Origin: Candidatus Eiseniibacteriota bacterium
GTDB taxonomy: Bacteria; Eisenbacteria; RBG-16-71-46; CAIMUX01
Assembly: GCA_020633975.1 (NCBI GenBank)
Contig: JACKCR010000006.1
Coordinates: 13,100 to 77,099 of the forward strand
Direction of reading: 5' to 3'
DNA: 64,000 nucleotides
Each line of letters opens with the position of its first letter. The first letter of the stretch is position 1. Shown here piece by piece: positions 16,189 through 25,327 of this stretch. The notes under the pieces were generated by a model. That model was not told the origin of the DNA, ran no database searches, and saw only the letters and a list, made by a program, of their open reading frames with translations. The translations under genes were made by a program, and so were the position numbers.

Positions 16189-17140
16189 AGCGGCTCTCCT
16201 CACCGGTCGGCTCCTCGTCTGGAAGCGCGATCTCTTCGGCCTTCCGGAAGACCGTGTTCCAGAGTCCGAGGGGCACCAAGTAGATCTGGTCGTCTCCCTC
16301 GATCCGCGTGTAGGTCTGACGCGCCGGGGTTTCGTTTCCGATGCTGATGACGCGGCTCTTCCCGTCCGCAGTGCCGATCGTGAGAAACTTCTGAGTGGAT
16401 TCCAGTCCGGCTGTGGCGACGTCGATCGAATCGGCGAATCCGCTCGCGACGATCTTGGCCAGGGTGTCCAACACCAGATCCATGACTTTGTGATCCACGA
16501 CGTTGCCTTGGAACGGCTCGGTCGAGCGCCAGCCGGTGGCACTCCGTTCGAACCGGTTCACGGTATCGCCCTCAGCAGCGCTGAAGAACACGATGTCGTC
16601 CTTGGGTATGTCGAGGATTGACTTGTTCCGCCAGCCGCGTGAGCCTCGGTCGACCTTGAGCCGTAGATAGGTCGGCACTCTATACACGTCGTCGCCGTCT
16701 GTGGGGCGGATGTAGCAGCTGTTGAAGTCCGGGCCCGGTTTTCCGACCACGAACTCGCCGACGTCCTTCCCGTCTTTGGCAAAAGTGACCGTCACGCCGG
16801 TCTCGCCGACTTCGTAGACTTCGTGGTTCGCCGGGTTCGTCGAAACGAGTTCCGAGTTCGTCAGTTTGTCGACGTCGGCGAGGATGTCCTGGACGGCTTT
16901 GGCTTCGGCCGGATGCCCGCCCTCGGTGAGAACGATCCAAGTGCCGTTCTGCTTCTCCATCTTCGTCTCGATCCCCTGCTTCTTCAGGTCGATCGCGTCG
17001 ATCGCATCGGCCGTTGCTTCGGGGAAGAGGCGGTCCGTGGACGGGGCCTTGGACTCCTCGTTCCTCTGGTCGAGGAAGAAGGCGAGTCCGCCGAGCACGA
17101 GGAGCACTCCGGCGAGAAGAGCGGTCGTACGTGGATTCAT
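16187..17140 (-). CDS. DUF4340-like protein (accessory to the GldG-type ABC system)
   Basis: 317 aa. N-terminal TM helix TALLAGVLLVLGGLAFFL. Repeated beta-rich modules. Position directly downstream of a GldG-like gene is the usual context for DUF4340. Confidence 0.6.
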   Translation of the reverse strand: MNPRTTALLAGVLLVLGGLAFFLDQRNEESKAPSTDRLFPEATADAIDAIDLKKQGIETKMEKQNGTWIVLTEGGHPAEAKAVQDILADVDKLTNSELVSTNPANHEVYEVGETGVTVTFAKDGKDVGEFVVGKPGPDFNSCYIRPTDGDDVYRVPTYLRLKVDRGSRGWRNKSILDIPKDDIVFFSAAEGDTVNRFERSATGWRSTEPFQGNVVDHKVMDLVLDTLAKIVASGFADSIDVATAGLESTQKFLTIGTADGKSRVISIGNETPARQTYTRIEGDDQIYLVPLGLWNTVFRKAEEIALPDEEPTGEESR

Positions 17141-17157
17141 GGTCGTTTCCTCCTCTC

Positions 17158-18855
17158 TCAGGCCGTGAAGCGATCACGCAGCTGCTGGCGTGACCGACGG
17201 CGTGCTCCGTTCCAGATGAGTCCGAGTAGGACGACGACCCCTGCGATGCCGAGCGTGTTCGCGTACTTGATCGCAGCCTTCTGACCGTTCGATAGGTCGT
17301 GCTCGAACGGACGCGCCGTCGCTCCGCGGGAACGGATGGCGATGAGATCGTTGCCCAAGGTCATCCAGTCGAGCGCGTTCTGGATGAGAAGCCGGTTCTC
17401 CGGATGCATCCCGAGGAACTGATCGGTGATGAAGTTGGAGTTTCCCGCGACCAGCATCTGCGTCTCCGAACTCTCGGTGATCGTCGAGTCGGCAGCAGCC
17501 AGAGCGGCGGAACCGTCTGTGCCAGGAACGGCCGGGACCGGACGATTCGCGAAGTAGCTCCGGAACTTCCCGGTGAGTCCGACGACGAGCGGGTAGCTCT
17601 CGCCCGTGGCCGGTGGCTGTTGCATGGCCGGAGACTGCGGGTCGAGGTCGTAGCTCCCGGACTGCATCCAGGCCCGCTCCGTCGTCCGTACGAGGACGAC
17701 GCCCTCTACGTCGGGCTGGTCCTTTCCGAGATTCGGATCCGTCGCCGGTGCGGCTCCATCCTCGGCCGCTTCTTCCCGGTCGATCTCCGCGTTCTCGTCA
17801 CCGGGGACGTTGAGGCGCAGCGGCGCCGTGAACGGCATCAATGTCGACTCGAGCTGTGCGGTGATCGGATTGCTCGGGTTGAGGAGACCCGGCGCACCCT
17901 TTGGCCAGAGCGGGTACGGGACGATGTAGGAGAGGAAGCCCTGGCTGAACCTAGCCTGTCCGGAGTAGCGCGGGTGCTCCATGACGAGCGCCGGCTCGAC
18001 CGCGCACCCGTAGAAGCTGATCATGTCCCGGATGCCCGAGTCCTTGGGCCGTGCGGAGAGCCCGTCCGTCTCCATCAACGCGACGGGGTCGTCCAAGACG
18101 ACGAGCCTGCCTCCGCGCATGACGAACTGGTCGATCTCGTACGCCTCGCGTTCCGTGATCCCCTCCGACCCTCCGATGACGAGGACGTCGATGTTGGCCG
18201 GAACAGGCACCGTACCGCCCGAGAGATCGACCGGACGGACGGAGTAGCGATCCTGGAGGAGCTGGGGAAGCGTGTTGAGCTCCTGATAGACCACCTTCTC
18301 GCCGTGTCCCTGGAGGAATCCGATGTACGGCTTGGCATCCATGGTCAGCTTGACGATGGCGGAAGACATGTCGTACTCGAGCGTGTTCGTGTCGAGGACT
18401 TGGATCGTCTCGGTTTTTCCGCCGTACTCGATCGATGCGCCGAGGAAGATGTTCTGGATCTGATACTGATCCTGCTCGAGCACGTTGATCTGGAGCTGGG
18501 GGATTCCCGCCGCCTCGGCCGCGCCCTTGGCGTCCTCGTCGTCGGTCGGATCGATGTACTGGACCCGGAGCTTGCCTTCCGAATAGACCTCGTACTCCTT
18601 GAGGATGTCTTCGACCGTCTGCTCCAACGTGGTCAGCTGGTCAGGCAGCTTTCCGCTCATGTAGACCTTGCAGCTCACGACGTCGTCCAGGCGATGGAGG
18701 ATTCCCTTCGTCGCGTCGGAGATCGTGAACTCCTTGCCCTCGGTGAGGTCCAGACGAGTGAAGACCCGGGAACCGATCGCGTTCACTGCGATCAAGATTC
18801 CGGCGACGATGAGGACGAGGACGGTCGAGTTGACTCCGTACTTCACTTTGGACAT
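17158..18855 (-). CDS. GldG-like ABC-transport auxiliary protein
   Basis: Internal ATG of ORF 17158..19362 at 18855, preceded by AGGAGGTGG and overlapping the upstream stop by 1 nt. N- and C-terminal TM helices flank a large extracytoplasmic domain (LDLTEGKEFTISDATKGILHRLDDVVSCKVYMSGKLP ... YIGFLQGHGEK). Confidence 0.75.
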   Translation of the reverse strand: MSKVKYGVNSTVLVLIVAGILIAVNAIGSRVFTRLDLTEGKEFTISDATKGILHRLDDVVSCKVYMSGKLPDQLTTLEQTVEDILKEYEVYSEGKLRVQYIDPTDDEDAKGAAEAAGIPQLQINVLEQDQYQIQNIFLGASIEYGGKTETIQVLDTNTLEYDMSSAIVKLTMDAKPYIGFLQGHGEKVVYQELNTLPQLLQDRYSVRPVDLSGGTVPVPANIDVLVIGGSEGITEREAYEIDQFVMRGGRLVVLDDPVALMETDGLSARPKDSGIRDMISFYGCAVEPALVMEHPRYSGQARFSQGFLSYIVPYPLWPKGAPGLLNPSNPITAQLESTLMPFTAPLRLNVPGDENAEIDREEAAEDGAAPATDPNLGKDQPDVEGVVLVRTTERAWMQSGSYDLDPQSPAMQQPPATGESYPLVVGLTGKFRSYFANRPVPAVPGTDGSAALAAADSTITESSETQMLVAGNSNFITDQFLGMHPENRLLIQNALDWMTLGNDLIAIRSRGATARPFEHDLSNGQKAAIKYANTLGIAGVVVLLGLIWNGARRRSRQQLRDRFTA

Positions 18856-19577
18856 CAGCTCCACCTCCTGCTCGCGATGGTCTGAACGTTGAGGAAGAGG
18901 AAGAAGAAGATGATCGATACGTAGTAGAGGATGTCTCGGGAATCGATCACGCCACGTCCCATCGAGTCGTAGTGGGAGCCCAAGCTCAGGTTGGCCACGA
19001 ACGGAACGAGCCAATCCGGAAGAGACGCGAGGATGACTGGGATTCCCACGATGTAGAGCACGAAGCAGATGATGATCGAGATGAGGAACGCCACGATCTG
19101 GTTCTGCGTCAGGGAGGAGACCCAGAGGCCGATGGCGAGGTAGGTCGCTCCGACGAAGAGAGACCCTATGTACCCTGCAATGACAGCCCCGTCGTCTGGG
19201 TTGCCTAGCCAGGCGATCGTTCCCGCGAGTGGCAAGGTCAGAAGGATCGCGACAGCGAGGAACGCGAGCCCGGCGAGGAACTTCCCGAGCACCACTTCCC
19301 AGTCCCGCACCGGAAAGGTGAGGAGGATCTCGGCCGTACCGAGCTTCTGCTCCTCCGCCCACATCCGCATGGTCACGGCAGGGACGAAGATGAGGAAGGT
19401 GATCGGGATCCAGTCGAACAGCGTGCGGAGCGTCGACTGTCCGACGAGGAAGAAGTTGCTCAGGAAGAAGAAGATCCAGAGCGAGAGGACCAAGAAGAGC
19501 GTGATGAAGACGTAGGCGATGGGCGATTGGAAGAACGCCCGGAACTCCTTCTTCGCGACGCTTGCGATAGCACTCAT
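18855..19577 (-). CDS. ABC-2 type permease (GldF-like)
   Basis: Internal ATG of ORF 18855..19658 at 19577. 240 aa with about six TM helices. Starts MSAIASVAKKEFRAFFQSPIAYVFITLFL, typical of ABC-2 permeases. Confidence 0.8.
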   Translation of the reverse strand: MSAIASVAKKEFRAFFQSPIAYVFITLFLVLSLWIFFFLSNFFLVGQSTLRTLFDWIPITFLIFVPAVTMRMWAEEQKLGTAEILLTFPVRDWEVVLGKFLAGLAFLAVAILLTLPLAGTIAWLGNPDDGAVIAGYIGSLFVGATYLAIGLWVSSLTQNQIVAFLISIIICFVLYIVGIPVILASLPDWLVPFVANLSLGSHYDSMGRGVIDSRDILYYVSIIFFFLFLNVQTIASRRWS

Positions 19578-19579
19578 GA

Positions 19580-20515
19580 CTACTTGTCCCCCAAAGTGAG
19601 CTGGGTGAAGACCTGCTCGAGGCTGAGGCGCTCGGTGTGCAGTTCGTTCAGGACCCAACCGTTGCCGACCGCGAGATGGAACACACGCTCCGCGACGTCC
19701 TGCTCTTTCGACGAGATCTCGTAGCGACAGGTTCCGTTCGTGCCGGTGTCGAGCGGGAGGATCTCCTCGATTCCGGGAGCCGCACGCAGTGCGGGCTCGA
19801 CCATCGCCGGCTCGGCTCGGAATCCGACGCGACAGACGACCTTTCCTTCGGCTGCGCGGGTCAGCTCGGCGGGTGTTCCACTCGCTACGATCTTGCCCTG
19901 GTTGATGATGAGGACCCGGTCGCAGGTCGCTTCGACCTCCGGGAGGATGTGCGTCGAGAGGATGACCGTCTTCTCACGGCCGATCTCGCGGATCAGCTGC
20001 CGGATCTCGATGATCTGATTCGGGTCGAGACCGGTGGTGGGCTCGTCGAGCACGAGCACTTCCGGATCGTGGATCAGGGTTGCGGCGAGGCCGACACGCT
20101 GGCGGTATCCCTTCGAGAGCTGTCCGATGTCCTTGTGGATCATCGGACCGAGTGCGGTCCGCTCGATCGCCTTCGCGATCCGCCCCTCACGTTCGCTCTT
20201 CGGGATTCCCCGGATCTCCGCGACGAACTGCAGATACTCGACGATGCCGAGTTCTGCATAGACCGGCGCGCTCTCGGGGAGGTACCCGATCCGCCGTCTC
20301 ACTTCGACCGGCTCGGTGAAGGTGTCGTAGCCGGCGACCTGCGCGGCCCCGGAGTCTGCGGGGAGATAGCAGGTCAGGATCCGCATCGTCGTCGTCTTCC
20401 CGGCACCGTTTGGGCCGAGGAATCCGACGACTTCGCCCTTCGGGATCTGGAAGGAGATTCCGTCGACGGCGATGGTCGGACCGTATGTCTTGGTCAGATT
20501 CTGAACCTCGATCAT
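19580..20515 (-). CDS. ABC transporter ATP-binding protein (GldA-like)
   Basis: Internal ATG of ORF 19580..20704 at 20515. Walker A GPNGAGKTTT, signature LSKGYRQR, Walker B VLVLDEPTTGLD and H-loop STHIL. Confidence 0.9.
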   Translation of the reverse strand: MIEVQNLTKTYGPTIAVDGISFQIPKGEVVGFLGPNGAGKTTTMRILTCYLPADSGAAQVAGYDTFTEPVEVRRRIGYLPESAPVYAELGIVEYLQFVAEIRGIPKSEREGRIAKAIERTALGPMIHKDIGQLSKGYRQRVGLAATLIHDPEVLVLDEPTTGLDPNQIIEIRQLIREIGREKTVILSTHILPEVEATCDRVLIINQGKIVASGTPAELTRAAEGKVVCRVGFRAEPAMVEPALRAAPGIEEILPLDTGTNGTCRYEISSKEQDVAERVFHLAVGNGWVLNELHTERLSLEQVFTQLTLGDK

Positions 20516-20776
20516 GGCTCCTCGTTCTCCATCTGCTTGTCGATCTGTCGGCGGCCTGATTTTCGGCCGCACGGAGGCGTCAAACCCCGAACCGCACTCG
20601 AGGGTCCATTCCGATAGCTGATGCGATCCGTCGGGTTGGTTCAGGTGCCCGCAGCCGTTCCATTGGGGACCTTCCTGCACGGAGAGGAACGTTCCAGCGG
20701 GCACGAAACCTGGAGTATAGGAACGACGTTGGAAGGGGTCAAGGCCAAGGCGGGCAGAGGGTAGCGGGATCGTGCC

Positions 20777-22075
20777 TCAACGACTCCCTCCTGCCGGGGT
20801 GCGTGAACGTCGGCCTGTGAGTGCGAGGCCGGCGAGTACCGCCAGCACCGCGAAGAGAGCACCGGAGAGGACGGCGGGATGACGGCGAAGCCACTCGAAC
20901 CCGCGGGGCGATTCGTAGAACGGATTCGGTTCTTCGGGCCCCAGTCGCCCGGGGATCCGGGTGTCGATCAGCACTTCAGGGCGTAGAAGCGGCGCGCGAC
21001 GTTCTCGGGCCTGCGGGTCTCCGTAGAGCAATCGAAACGGGGTTCTGCCATCGGGAAGGAACTCGATCCGGTCCGGGATGGCGAGGATGGACAGGACGCG
21101 CACGTAGTCCGACCCCGGCCACGAGCTGCCCGAGAGACGAAGCCTGCGTGCGGGTCTCGGGGACGGGCAGTCGATCGTCCACTCTCCCCGAGCCCCATCG
21201 CGGTCCACGACCCGGAGATCCTGGTCCGGCGGACGGAACCACTCGAATGAGCCGTCTGCCGCTGGCACTTCGAGCTCGAGTCCAAGCCCCCCACGAAGCT
21301 CGCCATCCACCTGGACCCGGAGCTGCGCGACGGTACGCGCGGGACCCGCCAGCTCCACGGTGACGGAGGAGCGGTTCGTCACCGACGAAGTCTCTGTCTG
21401 CCGGAACTCGATCGCTTCCAGATCGGTGGACTCTCGCGTTTCGGCGTAGACGATGGCCTCCTGATCCGGACGCCGCGCGGTCACGGACGCGTAGACCCGA
21501 TAGCGTGGCACCCCTTCGTCGAGTACGAAAGCCGAGAGCCCACTCCCCGCGAACCGTTGTTCGGGTTCGGGAGACCTGCGTGACCTCAAGCCTCGGGGCG
21601 ACCCGGGGCTGTCCTCCGGCCGGCGCTCCTCGATCTGGATGCCGGGCTCCGAGAAGACGAGAAGGCTCCGGGCCGGAACTTCCGGAGACTCGAGGTCGGC
21701 AAACCAACCGCGGCCCGGATCCTCACGCCAGTCGACATCGATCCGCAGCAGCTCGTTCCAGTGGACATCCATCGCGCTGGCTGACCGGAAGCGTTGGGGG
21801 AGGGCCTTCCCGTCGGCGTCCACGATCTGCACGTCCCGGAGGTCGTGAGCGGCCCGCGTCCGGATCTCGTCGTCGAGCGTCACTTCGGCCCACCGATCCT
21901 CGGACGGGACTGGGCCCGCGAGGAGTTCGATCGTCCGTGCGTAACTTTGAGCGCGCGCGTCGCGGTCGCTCTCTGCTCGAACCATGTTGGCCGTCCAGGC
22001 CTGGAGGATGAGGGCCGCGGACAGGGCCACTGTCCATGTCCGGCCGACCGACTCGCCACGTGTAGGCATCCTCAC
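20777..22075 (-). CDS. DUF3999-like secreted/anchored protein
   Basis: 432 aa. Signal peptide and a C-terminal TM helix (AVLSGALFAVLAVLAGLAL). Overlaps the stop of the upstream DUF2339-like gene by 4 nt. The DUF2339/DUF3999 pairing is a known recurrent synteny. Confidence 0.5.
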   Translation of the reverse strand: MRMPTRGESVGRTWTVALSAALILQAWTANMVRAESDRDARAQSYARTIELLAGPVPSEDRWAEVTLDDEIRTRAAHDLRDVQIVDADGKALPQRFRSASAMDVHWNELLRIDVDWREDPGRGWFADLESPEVPARSLLVFSEPGIQIEERRPEDSPGSPRGLRSRRSPEPEQRFAGSGLSAFVLDEGVPRYRVYASVTARRPDQEAIVYAETRESTDLEAIEFRQTETSSVTNRSSVTVELAGPARTVAQLRVQVDGELRGGLGLELEVPAADGSFEWFRPPDQDLRVVDRDGARGEWTIDCPSPRPARRLRLSGSSWPGSDYVRVLSILAIPDRIEFLPDGRTPFRLLYGDPQARERRAPLLRPEVLIDTRIPGRLGPEEPNPFYESPRGFEWLRRHPAVLSGALFAVLAVLAGLALTGRRSRTPAGGSR

Positions 22076-23946
22076 GATCCTTCTTCCTGTTCAGTCGACG
22101 GTCTTCGTCTTCCGCGCTGGTAGAGGAGCGAGATGACCAAGAGGAGGACACCGACTCCGATGAACGACGTGATCCGTTCCCCTCGATCGAGCACGCTGAT
22201 GTCCAAGGTGAACATCTTCACGACCAACGCAAGGAGGAGACCGACGCCAGCGAGACGTAGGGGACGGTAATGCCGGAGGAATCCGACTCCGATGAGTGCG
22301 CCACCGTAGAGTGCCCAGGCCAAGGAGAGCCCGAGGAGAGCGCGGCGTTCGCCGCTCCCTTCCAGTCCTCGCCACACCTGCACCGAGAGCAGATAGAGCA
22401 GAAAGGCCGAGGCGAGGAGGACGAGTGGGGTTCCCGAGCGCGCCTCGGCAGGGAGGAGAACGACACCGTCCTTCCGCGCCTTCTGGAGACGCCATGCGAT
22501 GCCGAGGATCGTCGCTACGGCCACGAGCCCAGCTAACCACTGGACGAGGAAATCGTCCGCGTAGCTCCTGCGGAAGAGTCCGGATGTCTCGAGGTCGAAT
22601 AGCCCATGGTGGAGCAGCGCGAATGCGAGGACGAGGTAGCCGAGCACGCGATGGCCCACCGAACTCCTCACCAGCCCGAGATGGACGAGGACGAATGCGA
22701 GCAGCGCCCAGCCGAGCGTGACGGTCTCGAGGTCGAAGTGGATGGGAAGCGCCATCGCACCGAGCGCGAGTCCGGTGAGCTCGTATACATGGTGGACTGC
22801 GTCCGCTCGGTCTGTCCGCGAGTCGAGCTTCTTCGGTACCAGCCGCGCGAGAATGACGTAGACGAGTCCGAGCAGCGCGGTCGAGATCCCGCGGAGGTAG
22901 GGCGTTTCCCCGAGCCATGCCCAGAGGAAGAGTCCGCCCGCGCCGCCGTTGGCTAGGACGAGCACGCTGCTCGCGAGGCGCCACACGGGGTGGGTCGATC
23001 TGGCGACGAAGGGAAGAGCGACATAGAGAAGCCAGAGAACGCCCACTCCCGCGAGCGCCTGCGTCCGCGTATCCGGCCCGTAGGACTCGTCCCACCAGAA
23101 CAACACGAGGAACGCCGTGCCGAGAAACGCGCCGAGGACGAGTCCTGGCCAGTTCCGCCGGATGCGTACGAGCACCGCGCCCAAGTTGACGAATGCGATG
23201 TAGGGGAAGTAGAGCGGGTGTGCAGATGTCGGCTCGAGGAGGAGCGGTGTCACGAGCGCGCCCGTGAGCGTGAGCCCCGCGACCGTACGCGATCCTTCCG
23301 CGAGCGCGAGTACGGCTCCGAGCAGAGATGCGCCGGCGAGAAGGGCGTATGCCGTCGTCGAGCCGATGACGTGGTGGAAGGCGGATGCCGCGAAGATCGA
23401 GAGAAAGACGAGCGCCGTCCCGCCACCGAGAAGTCCCTGTCCGAGGAAGAGCCCGCTCCGTCCGGCTACGAGACGACCGGTTCCCAGGAACGCTACGGCC
23501 ACGCCGAGTCCCACCCAGACCTGCCCCTGGCCCGCGAGCGGATGCTCGCCCAGCTTCACCGCGAGGAAGAACGCCGTTCCGAAGAAGATCGCGAGGACGC
23601 CGATCCAGGTCAGCCACTCGCCGCCGATGCGCGATTCCAGGTCACGCGCGGGCGCGGAAGTGCGAGCGGCCTGGGCCGCGGCGCGGGCGGGAGCGACGAG
23701 AGGTGGGGGCGTCCGGTCGGCGTGGGGGTGGGTCGTGGATGGCATGGTCGACGCCGGCGCGACTTGTCGTTCCTGCGGCTGCGCAGTAGCCAGGGCGGGT
23801 GGCTTGGCGCCCTGCCGTTCTCGCGTGAGCGAACGGAGGTGTCGCTCCAAACGCTTCATCCTCAGAAACGAGAGGATCGAGAGGACGAGTGCAACCGGCC
23901 CCGTGAGGAGCACGAGCACCGCCAATAGGATGAGGATCGTCTCCAT
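22072..23946 (-). CDS. DUF2339-like polytopic membrane protein
   Basis: Internal ATG of ORF 22072..24093 at 23946. 624 aa. An N-terminal TM helix and a Pro/Ala-rich linker are followed by more than 12 hydrophobic helices. Confidence 0.55.
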   Translation of the reverse strand: METILILLAVLVLLTGPVALVLSILSFLRMKRLERHLRSLTRERQGAKPPALATAQPQERQVAPASTMPSTTHPHADRTPPPLVAPARAAAQAARTSAPARDLESRIGGEWLTWIGVLAIFFGTAFFLAVKLGEHPLAGQGQVWVGLGVAVAFLGTGRLVAGRSGLFLGQGLLGGGTALVFLSIFAASAFHHVIGSTTAYALLAGASLLGAVLALAEGSRTVAGLTLTGALVTPLLLEPTSAHPLYFPYIAFVNLGAVLVRIRRNWPGLVLGAFLGTAFLVLFWWDESYGPDTRTQALAGVGVLWLLYVALPFVARSTHPVWRLASSVLVLANGGAGGLFLWAWLGETPYLRGISTALLGLVYVILARLVPKKLDSRTDRADAVHHVYELTGLALGAMALPIHFDLETVTLGWALLAFVLVHLGLVRSSVGHRVLGYLVLAFALLHHGLFDLETSGLFRRSYADDFLVQWLAGLVAVATILGIAWRLQKARKDGVVLLPAEARSGTPLVLLASAFLLYLLSVQVWRGLEGSGERRALLGLSLAWALYGGALIGVGFLRHYRPLRLAGVGLLLALVVKMFTLDISVLDRGERITSFIGVGVLLLVISLLYQRGRRRPSTEQEEGS

Positions 23947-24277
23947 TCGCGTCGAGCATAGGCGAGCTCGCGAGGCAAATCGAGTAGCTCTCGATCGCCC
24001 GAACGGATCTGCCCCGGGGCATCGGCCCTCGCCCAAAGCCGAACAGTTCTGCCTCCGCGGCTTCCGAACCATCGCGGTGCAAACGCACTGCATCTCGCCA
24101 AAGAGAACTCCAGTGCGCTGTCTCAGATGGCCTTGCGCAGTGACCGTCGAAACGGATCCACGTTGGCACTGCCATTGACCCTACTGCGGGCATGCGCCTG
24201 CTGACTCTCCTCACATGGCGCAACTTGGCTAACGAAGGAATCAGACGACCCTAGAGTCCATTGAAGGAGGAAGTCCC

Positions 24278-24649
24278 ATGCGTAAGCTTCTCGTTCTCTG
24301 TACGGCCGCGTGTGCGCTCATCGGCACGGCCGATTTCTCGAACGCGATCTGTCTCACCGGTGGTGGCTCGGCGACGTGCGGCTCCGGTATGTGCATGAGC
24401 AGCTCGCTCCGTGATATCGACGTGACCTGGGTAGGCCCCGGCGGTGCGCAGTGCTGCGACCAGATCACGATCTTCGTCGATGAAGGATGTGACGGTGGTT
24501 GGGCACAGCTCGACGTCGTCGACTGCAGCACGAGCTCGTACAGCTACTGCGGGAAGGCGAACACCGACTACAAGTTCAAGATCGTCTACTCGAAGAACGG
24601 ATCGCAGTCTGCGCCCGACATCATCACGAACTGCGTGAACTGCAACTAG
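24278..24649 (+). CDS. Small secreted cysteine-rich protein, function unknown
   Basis: 123 aa. GAAGGAGGAAG lies 5 nt before the ATG. Signal peptide MRKLLVLCTAACALIGTADFSNA. 10 Cys in about 100 mature residues, including CC and NCVNCN. The gene is visibly less GC-rich than its neighbours. Confidence 0.6.
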   Translation: MRKLLVLCTAACALIGTADFSNAICLTGGGSATCGSGMCMSSSLRDIDVTWVGPGGAQCCDQITIFVDEGCDGGWAQLDVVDCSTSSYSYCGKANTDYKFKIVYSKNGSQSAPDIITNCVNCN

Positions 24650-24810
24650 GTTTGATCGGGGCCTCGCGATCCCGATCGTGAGATGAGGCAAGGCAAGGAT
24701 GTCGGTGCCAAGAGAGGGGGTTACCGGCGGACTTGCCTTGCCTTCCCCATCGTGTGCTCGGCTGGAGTGCACGATCCGAATGCGTTGTGTCTGGAACGGA
24801 GCGGGTTCGG

Positions 24811-25284
24811 TCACGGATGCGAGGTCGATGTCCCGTCAGACGCCAGGCGCTCCACGAGCCGCTCGACCTCCGTCCGGAGGTGGGCGAGAGTCCGTTCCGG
24901 CGTGGCGATATCGAGGTCGTGGACCTCCCAGTACTCGACCCGCGCTTCCCAGTCTGGAAAGAGCTCCCTCATCAGAGGCCGGTGCTCACTCTCCTTCACT
25001 GCGACGACGTGGCTCGCGGCGCGAAAGTCGCTCGCCGAGGTTACGCGGGCCGGTCGGGCGTCGACCGCGACGGAGAGACGTCGACACTCTAGCGCCGTGT
25101 GCACCGACAGATTGCCGAGGTTTCTCGGGTCTGGTCGCAGCCCGCTGGAGTCGGCGTCCCACTCGAGTCCCCGCTCCGACGCGAGGTGGCGGAAGTACGC
25201 TTCTGCAAACCGACTCCGGTAGTAGTTCCCGGTGCAGAGAAAGAGCACCGATGGTCTCGTGCGTTCGTCAGTGGGATGTGGCAT
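24811..25284 (-). CDS. Low-molecular-weight protein-tyrosine phosphatase / ArsC-like family
   Basis: 157 aa with the P-loop VLFLCTGNYYRSR (CX5R-S) near the N-terminus. Confidence 0.8.
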   Translation of the reverse strand: MPHPTDERTRPSVLFLCTGNYYRSRFAEAYFRHLASERGLEWDADSSGLRPDPRNLGNLSVHTALECRRLSVAVDARPARVTSASDFRAASHVVAVKESEHRPLMRELFPDWEARVEYWEVHDLDIATPERTLAHLRTEVERLVERLASDGTSTSHP

Positions 25285-25327
25285 CCGCGGAGAGTAGCGT
25301 GGGGCGTTGGCTCGGAGCTAGTCCGCG

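Noticed and set aside
22091-23617. 508-aa same-strand alternative-frame ORF inside the DUF2339-like gene. A comparable case is 25089..26384 inside the URO-D/B12 region.
   Set aside because: The translation is extremely Arg/Pro-rich (RRPRDLLRNGVLPRGEAGRASARGPG ...). The chosen frame instead gives regular TM helices.
24164-24179. Possible sigma-54 promoter, TGGCAC-N5-TTGAC, upstream of the Cys-rich gene.
   Set aside because: The -24 half fits, but the -12 element reads TTGA instead of TTGC, so the critical GC dinucleotide is missing. No enhancer-binding protein is nearby. It is too weak to call.
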